From: an uncultured Clostridia bacterium
GTDB taxonomy: Bacteria > Bacillota > Clostridia > Oscillospirales > CAG-272
Assembly: GCA_947630015.1 (NCBI GenBank)
Contig: CANRFY010000001.1
Location: forward strand, 9,894-73,893
DNA: 64,000 nt
Reading direction: 5' to 3'
Under the pieces are notes generated by a model, which saw nothing but the letters and a program-made list of their open reading frames with translations, was not told where the DNA came from and did not search any database. Positions 37,311 to 46,033 of the stretch are shown one piece after another. Every line of letters starts with the position of its first letter. Position 1 is the first letter of the stretch. The position numbers and the translations under genes were made by a program.

Positions 37311-38137
37311 GACTCGGTGAAAAAATACGCGCGCTGCGCCTGCGGCGCGGGATGACGCAGGCGGAGCTTGCCGGCGACTGCATCACGCGCAATATGCTGT
37401 CGCGGATCGAAAACGGCGCCGCGCTGCCGTCGATCGGCTCGCTTCTTCACATAGCGGAGGCGCTCGAGGTATCGCCTGCTTATTTCTTCGACGATTCGGA
37501 GCGGCCGCAGAGCGAAACCGAAAGCACGCTCTGTTCGCTCTACAACGAAGGCGAATATGAAAAATGCATCTCGGTCGGGTCGGCGCTTCCGGCGTCGGTG
37601 TCCGGATCGATACTCGCGCAGTGCTGTCTCAATCTCGCGGTGAGCGATCTTCTTGCGCGACGTCAGAAAAGCGCGCGCGAATCGCTGCTTATGGCAAAGG
37701 AATACTGCGAATCGTCGACCGATATAACGGACGCCGTTTACAATATCGTTCTTTGTCTTTTGCGAATGCTCGGCGAATCGTTCGACACCGGGCTTGACGA
37801 GCTGTCGTCCGCCACGCTGCCGCTGTACCGCTCGATGGCGTCGAATTTTTATATGTTCCTGATCGCAAACGCGACGGCGTGCCGCGACGAAAACGTACTG
37901 CATGAAAACGTGCTGTACGGACTTCATCTCGCGGCCCGCTCCGAAATGTCGTCGGGCGATCTCGAAGCGGCGAAGCAGATACTTCTCACCGCGATGGAAA
38001 AGCTTGACAACGACACGGCGCCGGCGCTGTCGTACATGATCTGCGACGATATCGAGAAATGCGCCGCCGCGGACGGCGACTACCGCCTCGCCTACGAGGC
38101 GTCTCGCCGCAAGCAGCAGATTTCACCTGCGACGTGA
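37307..38137 (+). CDS. XRE-family HTH regulator with a helical (TPR-like) C-terminal domain
   Basis: LGEKIRALRLRRGMTQAELA...ISRIENG HTH. TTG start overlaps the DivIVA-domain gene stop. Confidence 0.75.
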   Translation: MRLGEKIRALRLRRGMTQAELAGDCITRNMLSRIENGAALPSIGSLLHIAEALEVSPAYFFDDSERPQSETESTLCSLYNEGEYEKCISVGSALPASVSGSILAQCCLNLAVSDLLARRQKSARESLLMAKEYCESSTDITDAVYNIVLCLLRMLGESFDTGLDELSSATLPLYRSMASNFYMFLIANATACRDENVLHENVLYGLHLAARSEMSSGDLEAAKQILLTAMEKLDNDTAPALSYMICDDIEKCAAADGDYRLAYEASRRKQQISPAT

Positions 38138-38154
38138 ATATTTCGTGTTATATA

Positions 38155-38197
38155 GCGCGGGGGACGGACTTATTCCGAAACAGTCCGTCCCCCGCGC
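38155..38197 (+). terminator. Strong hairpin after the XRE regulator
   Basis: 16-bp perfect stem GCGCGGGGGACGGACT/AGTCCGTCCCCCGCGC with an 11-nt loop. The T-rich run begins about 13 nt later. Confidence 0.6.
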
Positions 38198-38308
38198 CCG
38201 TCTTCAAAAATTTTTTACATTTTTTTATTTTGGCGCTGACATTGCGTCTTTTGCGCCGACTATACGGATGAAAGCGCCGATCGACCGCAATCAATAAGGA
38301 AAACCAAA

Positions 38309-39973
38309 ATGAGAAAGTCCCAACTCACAAATTTACTTGACCAAAAGCTGCTCGATTCCCTCTACGGATGGTGCTATTCGCGAACGAGCGGAAGCGCGGA
38401 GGCGCAGGAGCTTTGCTCCGACATCACGTTCGCAATCGTAAAATCGGCGAATCGCGCCCCTGACGCGGAGATCGAAAACGCGTTCGCGTTCATCTGGCAG
38501 ACGGCGCGCCGCGTTTACGCGGATTTCGCCGAGAAAAAGCGCCTCACATCAGGCCGCACGTATCACGGCGACGCCGATCTTGCGATGGCGAACATTGCTG
38601 ACGAGGGCGACGACCGCACTGACGAAGATGACGGCGAGGCGCTGTCGCTCATCCTGCACAGGATCGCGTTTCTGTCGCGTATCTACCGCGAGGTGATGAT
38701 CGCGTTTTATCTCGACGGGCTGCCTGTCGCGGAGATAGCGAAGCAGCAGAACACGAGCGAGGGCGCGATACGCGAGCGGTTGCGGGCGGCAAGGGGCAAG
38801 ATCAGGGACGAGGTAAAGGAGATCATGGAAATGGAAGAAAAGAACACGAAAACGATGGACAAACCGACGGCTCTGCGCAGGATCGATCTTTCCCTGTGGG
38901 GTACGGGAAACCCGATGTGGAGCGATCCGAGAATTGAGCTTGAAAGGCAGCTGTCGGTCCATGTCCTCTGGCTGTGCCGCAAAAAGCCGCGCACGCCGAA
39001 GGAGATATCGGACGAACTCGGCGTGCCGATGATGTACGTCGAGGAGGAATGCGAAAGACAGGTATACGGCAATAACGGCGAGTACGGCGCGCTGCGCCGC
39101 GTCGACGGCGGAAAGTATGTGATCAATTTCCCGCTTCTCGACAAAGACGAATTCGGGCGCGGCTGCGGCGTCTACGGCGAGGTGATCCCGAACGCCGTCG
39201 AGGCGATAAAAGCATATGTCGCCGAGCATGAGAGCGAATATTTGGCGTTCCCGTACAAGAACAGGACCGTGACGCTGCCGCTCGTAATGTGGCGTCAGGT
39301 GCATCATATCGGATATCTACTCGGCCGCGAGGTAGAAAAGATACTCGACGAAAAATATTTTTCCGACGTGGAAATGCCCGACCGCCAGTTCTCGATATAC
39401 GGATATGAATTCACGGGAAATCTCACCGGCTGGGGGAACGACACAGCGCACGTTAAGAATTTCTGCGGTTACAGACGCGTAGCAATTTCAACTATATACC
39501 ATAATCCGGACATCAAGCCGAATTTCTACTGCGGCTACAACATTGCAAACGACGAGGCGCTTACACTCGCGGTGCGCGCCGTCGACGGCATAGACGTGAA
39601 CTCGCTCGGCGAGGACGAACGCGAGCAGGCCGCCCGCGCCATTGAAGAAGGCTACATATACCGCGACGGCGACAAGCTTTACACAAAATTCCTCGTCGTC
39701 GACAGCGAGGATCAGTCGAAGCTGTGGGACATATCTGACGGGCTGTCCGCCATCATCCGCCCGTTCGCGGAGACGATCGCCGAGAAGACGGCGAAGCTTC
39801 TGCGTTCGGCGCTGATGCCGCATCTTTACGGCGAGTACCGTTTTGCAAATTCCCTCTTTTCGGGCTTTGCGTGCGACGCCGTCATAAACGCTCTCATCGA
39901 CTGCGGCACGCTGCCGCCGCCGAACGACGGCAAGCTCGGCGAGTACGCGTACATCATGGTGCTGGACAGATAA
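38309..39973 (+). CDS. Sigma-70/ECF-like sigma factor fused to a roughly 370-aa soluble C-terminal domain
   Basis: Region 2-like N-terminus and region 4 HTH (LPVAEIAKQQNTSEGAIRERLRAARGKI). No TM segment. The C-terminal part contains a second wHTH-like stretch. Confidence 0.75.
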   Translation: MRKSQLTNLLDQKLLDSLYGWCYSRTSGSAEAQELCSDITFAIVKSANRAPDAEIENAFAFIWQTARRVYADFAEKKRLTSGRTYHGDADLAMANIADEGDDRTDEDDGEALSLILHRIAFLSRIYREVMIAFYLDGLPVAEIAKQQNTSEGAIRERLRAARGKIRDEVKEIMEMEEKNTKTMDKPTALRRIDLSLWGTGNPMWSDPRIELERQLSVHVLWLCRKKPRTPKEISDELGVPMMYVEEECERQVYGNNGEYGALRRVDGGKYVINFPLLDKDEFGRGCGVYGEVIPNAVEAIKAYVAEHESEYLAFPYKNRTVTLPLVMWRQVHHIGYLLGREVEKILDEKYFSDVEMPDRQFSIYGYEFTGNLTGWGNDTAHVKNFCGYRRVAISTIYHNPDIKPNFYCGYNIANDEALTLAVRAVDGIDVNSLGEDEREQAARAIEEGYIYRDGDKLYTKFLVVDSEDQSKLWDISDGLSAIIRPFAETIAEKTAKLLRSALMPHLYGEYRFANSLFSGFACDAVINALIDCGTLPPPNDGKLGEYAYIMVLDR

Positions 39974-40001
39974 ACAGAAGCGATCCTGCAAATAAAAAAG
40001 A

Positions 40002-40033
40002 GCCTCGGAGACATACGTCCCCGAGGCACTTTT
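40002..40033 (+). terminator. Intrinsic terminator after the sigma gene
   Basis: GCCTCGG/CCGAGGC stem with an inner GAC/GTC extension, then ACTTTTT. Confidence 0.6.
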
Positions 40034-40150
40034 TATACATAATGTTGTCGGCCAAAATATAAAATATACCGTATTTTGTAGGCCGTTATTCGCGCCGTTA
40101 TCACATTTGACGAAATTTCACGCAATCGCGCGAAACTATCAAAAATGCCC

Positions 40151-40179
40151 TTGCAATATTTATCTTAAATTAGTATAAT
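40151..40179 (+). promoter_or_regulatory. Near-consensus sigma-A promoter of the decarboxylase operon
   Basis: TTGCAA-N17-TATAAT, about 130 nt upstream of the first ATG. Confidence 0.7.
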
Positions 40180-40310
40180 GAGTTAGAATGGGTTTAAATG
40201 GGTTAGAATGATCCGCCGATCCAGTCGATTGCTTTTATCTAAGGAATGTCGGAGCTGATCGGCCGCACAGGCTCGTTCCGACGTCCCCTAATATGAAACC
40301 GGAGGTTTTT

Positions 40311-41804
40311 ATGCAGAAAAAAGATTTCGAGACGGTTCTTGAAGCGCTTAAACGCGCCAAGCTCAAGAGTACCGCCGCGATCAAAGACTTTCTTTCCGAG
40401 CTTGACGAGAAGTCCGAACTGTCAGCGCTCAAGGGAAAGCGGCTGACCGCAAGAGCGCGCCTCAAAGCGCTGTTTGACGAAGGCACGTTCGTCGAGACGG
40501 GAGCGTTCATCAAGCGCCGTCCGACAGAATTTGACGCCGGCGCTGCCGCCGTCGATGATTTCGAGGGCGTTATCACAGGCTACGGCGCAGTCGATGGCAG
40601 ACTCGTGTTCGCGTTTGCCGAGGATTATTACCGCGCACACGGCGCTATGGGCGAAGCTCACGCGAAGAAGATCTGCGAGCTTTACGATATGGCGGTCAAA
40701 AACGGCGCGCCCGTCGTCGGCATATTCGACAGCTGCGGCGCTTACGTGATGGAGGGCGTCACCGCCCTTGCCGGCTACGGCCAGATCATGTCCGCAGTTT
40801 CCTCTGCGTCCGGCGTGATCCCGCAGATCGCCGTTATCGCAGGTACGTGCGCGGGCAGCGCCGCTGTCGCCGCGTCCATGTTCGACATTACGATAGTTTC
40901 CGAGGCTGACGGCAAATATTACGTCAACTCCGACAATAAAGAAACTCCCGTCGCGTCCGTAACGGCCGAGGATGAAATAACCGCGATCGCAAAGGCTAAA
41001 GAGCTTCTATCGCTTCTGCCCTCCAACAACTGCGAAGGCTCGGTGCGCGTCGACGCGCCGTCGAAGCTCATCTGCGACCTCTCCTTTATCGAGAACGGCG
41101 GCTACACGGCCGGCAACGTCATAGGCAAACTCATCGACAGCAATTCCTATCAGGCGCTTTCCGCAGGCTACGGCGACGAGATCGTCGTGACGCTTGCCCC
41201 GATCGGCGGCATCGTATCGATGATTGTTGCAACCGATCCGAGCGTGAACGGCGGCGCTCTGACGCCCGCCGCAGCCCGCAAGGCCGCGCACTATATTTCG
41301 TTCGCCGACAGCTTCAATATTCCCGTTGTAACGCTCGTCGATACTGTCGGTCTTCCGACGTCAGACAGCGGCGAAACGCAGTACGCGTCCGAGCTTGCGA
41401 AGCTTGCCGCCTCTTACGCGTCCGCGTCATGCCCGAAGGTCACCGTCGTGACAGGTCAGGCATACGGCACCGCATACACCGTACTCGGCAGCAAATCCGT
41501 CGGTGCCGACATCGCGCTCGCGCTTTCGACAGCCAAGATAGGCGCTATGAACGCCGAATCTGCCGTCGCGCTTCTGTGGGACGATAAATTCGACGGCGCG
41601 GACGATCCAGCCGCGCGCCGCGCGGAGCTTGTCGCCGAATGGAACGCATCGTTCGGATCGGCGGTCGAGGCCGCATACAAGGGTCAGATCGACGACGTCA
41701 TTCCCGAGGAAGAAACGCGCGCCCGCATCGCGTCGTGCCTTGAAATGCTTTCGATGAAAAACGCCGGCGAGGCCGGCAGGCGTCACGCAAATCTCCCGCT
41801 GTAA
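40311..41804 (+). CDS. Acyl-CoA carboxyltransferase (MmdA/12S/PccB-like alpha subunit), divergent
   Basis: Two-domain carboxyltransferase length and pattern (GVITGYGAVDGRLVF, IPVVTLVDTVG). ATG at 40311 follows RBS GGAGG. Confidence 0.8.
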   Translation: MQKKDFETVLEALKRAKLKSTAAIKDFLSELDEKSELSALKGKRLTARARLKALFDEGTFVETGAFIKRRPTEFDAGAAAVDDFEGVITGYGAVDGRLVFAFAEDYYRAHGAMGEAHAKKICELYDMAVKNGAPVVGIFDSCGAYVMEGVTALAGYGQIMSAVSSASGVIPQIAVIAGTCAGSAAVAASMFDITIVSEADGKYYVNSDNKETPVASVTAEDEITAIAKAKELLSLLPSNNCEGSVRVDAPSKLICDLSFIENGGYTAGNVIGKLIDSNSYQALSAGYGDEIVVTLAPIGGIVSMIVATDPSVNGGALTPAAARKAAHYISFADSFNIPVVTLVDTVGLPTSDSGETQYASELAKLAASYASASCPKVTVVTGQAYGTAYTVLGSKSVGADIALALSTAKIGAMNAESAVALLWDDKFDGADDPAARRAELVAEWNASFGSAVEAAYKGQIDDVIPEEETRARIASCLEMLSMKNAGEAGRRHANLPL

Positions 41805-41819
41805 TCGAAAGGAGATTTT

Positions 41820-42239
41820 ATGTTCAGAATATTTCTTAACGCAAACGCTGACGGTCTTCGCGAGCTTACGACAGTAAGCGACAAGCTCTCGACGGGCTTT
41901 ACCGTGATGGCGCTCGGTCTTGCGACTGTTTTCGCGGTGCTGGCGATACTGATGATAGTTCTGTATCTGTTCCGCCTCGTGTTCTATCATGAAAAGAGCG
42001 CCGAGCAGAAAACGACGCCCGCTCCCGCTCCGAAGCAGCACCTGACGACGCCGTCTCATACTGTTTCCCTCAAGGAAACGCACGCGCCCGCGGCAGCTGT
42101 CGATAACGGCGCGCTGATCGCGGCGATCACGGCGGCGATAGCCGCATATACGTCCGGCGACGACGAGTTCGCATCCGGATTCAAAGTTGTATCATTCAGA
42201 CGCGCGGAGCATTCCTCCCCGTGGAACAAATCCAAATAA
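41820..42239 (+). CDS. OadG/MmdD-like small membrane subunit of a Na+-translocating decarboxylase
   Basis: Single TM (GFTVMALGLATVFAVLAILMIVLYLF) followed by an Ala/Pro-rich tail. Position matches mmdADCB order. Confidence 0.7.
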   Translation: MFRIFLNANADGLRELTTVSDKLSTGFTVMALGLATVFAVLAILMIVLYLFRLVFYHEKSAEQKTTPAPAPKQHLTTPSHTVSLKETHAPAAAVDNGALIAAITAAIAAYTSGDDEFASGFKVVSFRRAEHSSPWNKSK

Positions 42240-42259
42240 GCGAAAGGACGAAACCCATC

Positions 42260-42640
42260 ATGAAAAAGTATAATGTAACAGTAAACGGCACAGTTTACGA
42301 AGTAATCGTTGAAGAAGCAGGCGCCGTATCCGCTCCCGCCGCTGTCGCGGCGCCGACGCCGACGGCGGCTCCCACACCTGCTCCCGCGCAGGCGGCAAAG
42401 CCGGCTCCAGCACAGGCTCCGGCAGGCTCGACGGAGGTCAAGGCTCCGATGCCCGGCACGATCCTCAAGGTCAACGTAAAGGCCGGCGAGGCCGTCAAGA
42501 AGGGCGCTTGCCTGTGCGTACTTGAAGCAATGAAGATGGAAAACGAGATCCTCGCTCCCGTCGACGGCACAGTCGCCACTGTCAGCGTATCGAACGGCGC
42601 GTCCGTTTCGACAGGTGATCTTCTCATCGCCCTTTCGTAA
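42260..42640 (+). CDS. Biotin carboxyl carrier protein (MmdC-like)
   Basis: Ala/Pro linker and CVLEAMKMENEI biotinyl-lysine motif. ATG at 42260 follows RBS AAAGGA. Confidence 0.88.
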   Translation: MKKYNVTVNGTVYEVIVEEAGAVSAPAAVAAPTPTAAPTPAPAQAAKPAPAQAPAGSTEVKAPMPGTILKVNVKAGEAVKKGACLCVLEAMKMENEILAPVDGTVATVSVSNGASVSTGDLLIALS

Positions 42641-42693
42641 GTTTACGGTTATATCATCACTGTAAATCACTATGAAAGGAGTGTGACCACGAC

Positions 42694-43887
42694 TTGGAAT
42701 TTGTAATAAACTTTCTGAATGAAACGGGATTTTCAAAGCTGATCGCAGAACCGGATTTCTATAAGACGCTGATAATGTACGTTATCATCGGAGTGCTGTT
42801 CTATCTCGGCGTCGTGAAGCAGTTTGAACCGCTTCTGCTCGTTCCGATCGCATTCGGTATGCTCCTTGCGAATCTGCCGGGCGCAAACCTCATGCATATG
42901 GAATTTTTCGTCAACGAAGACCCGAACCACACTCTCGTTGAAACGCTCAAGGACGTCATCAACAACGGAGGCCTTGTCGACATCCTGTATCTCGGCGTCA
43001 AGCTCGGCATCTATCCGTCGCTCATCTTCATGGGCGTCGGCGCAATGACAGACTTCTCGCCCCTGATCTCGAATCCGATATCGCTCATGATGGGCGCGGG
43101 TGCGCAGTTCGGCGTATTCTTCGCGTTCTTCGGCGCGCTGTTCCTCGGCTTTATGCCGGCGGAAGCCGCAGCTATCGGCATCATCGGCGGCGCGGACGGA
43201 CCGACGGCGATACTCGTCACAAAGACGCTCGCCCCTGCCCTTCTCGGCGCTATCGCGATCGCGGCATACAGCTATATGGCGCTGATACCGTTTATTCAGC
43301 CGCCGTTCATGAAGCTTTTGACGACGAAGAAAGAGCGTGCGATAAAAATGTCGACGCTCCGTCCCGTCTCGAAGGTCGAGCTTGTCGTATTCCCGATAGT
43401 CGTCACGCTCGTCGTAACGATGGTCGTTCCCGACGCCGCTCCGCTGATCGGCTTCCTCATGCTCGGCAACCTGTTTAAGGTCACGGGCGTGACTGACCGC
43501 CTCTCCAAGACTGCGCAGAACGAGCTTATTAACATATGCACGATATTCCTCGGCGTCTCCGTCGGCGCGACAGCTAACGCCGCCGACTTCTTAAAGCCGG
43601 AGACTCTCGGCATTATCCTGCTCGGGCTCATCGCGTTCTGCTTCTCCACGATAGGCGGACTTCTGACGGGCAAGCTGCTCTGCTTCATCACGCACGGAAA
43701 GATCAATCCGCTGATCGGTTCGGCGGGCGTTTCCGCCGTTCCTATGGCTGCCCGCGTCTCGCAGACGGTCGGACAGAAGGAGGATCCCTCCAACTTCCTT
43801 CTCATGCACGCAATGGGACCAAATGTGGCGGGCGTTATCGGCTCCGCCGTCGCGGCAGGCGTTCTGCTCTCGCTCTACGCCGGCTAA
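42694..43887 (+). CDS. Na+-translocating decarboxylase beta subunit (OadB/MmdB/GcdB family)
   Basis: About 397 aa and polytopic. Conserved MLLANLPG and GGADGPT stretches. TTG start. Confidence 0.85.
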   Translation: MEFVINFLNETGFSKLIAEPDFYKTLIMYVIIGVLFYLGVVKQFEPLLLVPIAFGMLLANLPGANLMHMEFFVNEDPNHTLVETLKDVINNGGLVDILYLGVKLGIYPSLIFMGVGAMTDFSPLISNPISLMMGAGAQFGVFFAFFGALFLGFMPAEAAAIGIIGGADGPTAILVTKTLAPALLGAIAIAAYSYMALIPFIQPPFMKLLTTKKERAIKMSTLRPVSKVELVVFPIVVTLVVTMVVPDAAPLIGFLMLGNLFKVTGVTDRLSKTAQNELINICTIFLGVSVGATANAADFLKPETLGIILLGLIAFCFSTIGGLLTGKLLCFITHGKINPLIGSAGVSAVPMAARVSQTVGQKEDPSNFLLMHAMGPNVAGVIGSAVAAGVLLSLYAG

Positions 43888-43911
43888 TTTGCAGAAAGGA
43901 CATCTTATAAT

Positions 43912-45309
43912 ATGGCAAAGGTAAAAATAACCGAAACCGTCCTGCGCGACTCGCATCAGTCGCTGATCGCGACGCGTATGACGACGGAAGAAATGCTGCC
44001 GATACTGCCCGAGCTGGACAAGGTCGGTTATAATGCGCTCGAAGCATGGGGCGGCGCGACGTTCGATTCGTGCCTGCGCTATCTCGACGAGGACCCGTGG
44101 GACAGACTGCGCAAGATTCGCGCGCAGGTCAAGAACACAAAGCTTCAAATGCTCTTCCGCGGACAGAACATCCTCGGCTACCGTCACTACGCCGACGACG
44201 TCGTCGAATACTTCGTGCAGAAGTCCATCGCGAACGGCATCGACATAATCCGTATATTTGACGCGCTCAACGATCCGCGCAATCTTAAGACTGCGATCGA
44301 CGCGACGAAGAAGGAGGGCGGCCACGTTCAGGCGGCGATAAGCTACACGACAAGCCCCGTTCACAACAACGAATACTTCGCCAACTATGCGAAGGAGCTT
44401 GAGGAGATGGGCGCAGATTCGATCTGCATCAAGGACATGGCGGGTCTGCTCCTTCCCTATGACGCATACGATCTCATCAAGGCGATAAAGGGCCGCTGCT
44501 CGCTCCCCGTCGAGCTGCACACGCACTACACGTCTGGCGTCGCGTCCATGACGGTGCTTAAGGCAGTCGAGGCCGGCGTCGACATCGTCGACTGCGCGAT
44601 CTCGCCTATGGCTCTCGGCACGTCCCAGCCGGCGACGGAGCCTATCGTCGCGGCTCTCGCGGGTACCGAATACGACACGGGACTCGATCTGAATCAGCTC
44701 GACAAGATCAACCGCTACTTCACGCCTCTGCGCGAGAAGTACCTCAAATCGGGACTCATGGACCCGAAGGTCCTCAAAGTCAACGTGAACACGCTGCTTT
44801 ATCAGATTCCGGGCGGAATGTACTCGAATCTGATCTCGCAGCTCAAGAACGCCGGCAAGTCCGAGCTTCTCAACGAGGTTCTCGAGGAAGTGCCGCGCGT
44901 CCGAGCAGACGCGGGCTACATCCCGCTCGTCACGCCGACGTCGCAGATCGTCGGCACGCAGGCAGTTATGAACGTGTTGACCGGCGAACGCTACAAGATG
45001 TGTACGAACGAGTTCAAGGGCATCCTCAAGGGCGACTACGGCAAGACGCCGGCTCCGATCGATCCCGAGTTCCGTAAGTCCATTATCGGCGACGTCGAGC
45101 CAAAGACTTACCGTCCCGCAGACGATCTCGAACCCGAGCTTGACAAGCTCCGCGCTGAGATTCCGCAGTACATCGAGCAGGACGAGGACGTCCTCTCGTA
45201 TGCGCTGTTCGGTCAGGTCGCAACGAAGTTCTTTGAATCGCGCAAGGCGAAGAAGTACCACCTCGACGCCGACAACGCCGACAAAGAGCTTAAGGTTCAT
45301 CCGGTATAA
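43912..45309 (+). CDS. Oxaloacetate decarboxylase alpha / transcarboxylase 5S-type carboxyltransferase without a biotinyl domain
   Basis: ITETVLRDSHQS HMGL-like TIM-barrel N-terminus. At 465 aa it ends before any AMKM motif. Confidence 0.85.
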   Translation: MAKVKITETVLRDSHQSLIATRMTTEEMLPILPELDKVGYNALEAWGGATFDSCLRYLDEDPWDRLRKIRAQVKNTKLQMLFRGQNILGYRHYADDVVEYFVQKSIANGIDIIRIFDALNDPRNLKTAIDATKKEGGHVQAAISYTTSPVHNNEYFANYAKELEEMGADSICIKDMAGLLLPYDAYDLIKAIKGRCSLPVELHTHYTSGVASMTVLKAVEAGVDIVDCAISPMALGTSQPATEPIVAALAGTEYDTGLDLNQLDKINRYFTPLREKYLKSGLMDPKVLKVNVNTLLYQIPGGMYSNLISQLKNAGKSELLNEVLEEVPRVRADAGYIPLVTPTSQIVGTQAVMNVLTGERYKMCTNEFKGILKGDYGKTPAPIDPEFRKSIIGDVEPKTYRPADDLEPELDKLRAEIPQYIEQDEDVLSYALFGQVATKFFESRKAKKYHLDADNADKELKVHPV

Positions 45310-45322
45310 TGGTATAAGTTTT

Positions 45323-45366
45323 GTGGGGGAGGAAAAACTTTTCGAGAAAAGTTTTTCCTCCCCCAC
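45323..45366 (+). terminator. Perfect 20-bp hairpin terminating the decarboxylase operon
   Basis: GTGGGGGAGGAAAAACTTTT-cgag-AAAAGTTTTTCCTCCCCCAC. A T-rich stretch follows. Confidence 0.75.
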
Positions 45367-45432
45367 ACCCCCTCTTTTTCAAAAGCTTTTATTAAATGTC
45401 ATACCCCTTTTGAAATAACTGCACATTAAAAT

Positions 45433-45462
45433 AAAGAAGCCGCCGGAGCGGCTTCTTTTTTT
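45433..45462. terminator. Bidirectional terminator between convergent operons
   Basis: AGAAGCCGC-cgga-GCGGCTTCT with an A run before and a T7 run after. Confidence 0.75.
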
Positions 45463-45472
45463 ATTCGATTCA

Positions 45473-46033
45473 TCATCCGTATGTGTCGTAATCCATGCTG
45501 ACGATGCCGTAGATGACCTCGTCCTCGTAGCGGCCGTTTTTGAAAAACTGATCGCGCAGAACGCCCTCCTGCTTCATCCCCGCCTTCTGCATGACGCGCC
45601 CGGAGGGGATATTTGAACCGAAATGCTGGGCATAAACGCGGTGAAGCATGAGCTCCGAAAACGCGTATTCGATCATCGCGCGCGCCGCCTCCGTCGCAAA
45701 GCCTCGGTTCCAGTATCTCTCGCCGATCCAATAGCCAAGCTCCGCCGTCGGCGAGTCTTTGACACGAAGCACAAGCGAGGTCGAGCCGTAAAGCGTCCCC
45801 GTTTCCCTGTCGGTCACGGCAAAATCATAACAGCTCCTCGATCGGCGCCGCTCCTCGTGCTTTGATATCCATTCCGCTGCGTCCTCTTTCGTATACGGAT
45901 ACGGCAGTGAAAGCACGGTTCTCTGTATCACGCCGGTACCGCACATCGCGGCGACGTCGTCCGCGTCGTCGAGCGTGAACGGGCGCAGAATGAGCCGATC
46001 CGTCGTAATTATGCCGTCTTTATATTCGTACAT
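45473..46033 (-). CDS. GNAT-family (RimJ/RimL-like) N-acetyltransferase
   Basis: 186 aa with WNRGFATEAARAMIEYAF motif. Starts 1 nt after the upstream stop. Confidence 0.8.
   Translation of the reverse strand: MYEYKDGIITTDRLILRPFTLDDADDVAAMCGTGVIQRTVLSLPYPYTKEDAAEWISKHEERRRSRSCYDFAVTDRETGTLYGSTSLVLRVKDSPTAELGYWIGERYWNRGFATEAARAMIEYAFSELMLHRVYAQHFGSNIPSGRVMQKAGMKQEGVLRDQFFKNGRYEDEVIYGIVSMDYDTYG

Noticed and set aside
45323-45366. A perfect 20-bp palindrome. I considered whether it is a mobile-element terminal inverted repeat or part of a coding palindrome, since both strands translate to GEEKLFEKSFSSP.
   Set aside because: It is a single copy located exactly at the end of the operon and followed by a T-rich tract. 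There is no flanking transposase or target duplication. A Rho-independent terminator is the simplest explanation.
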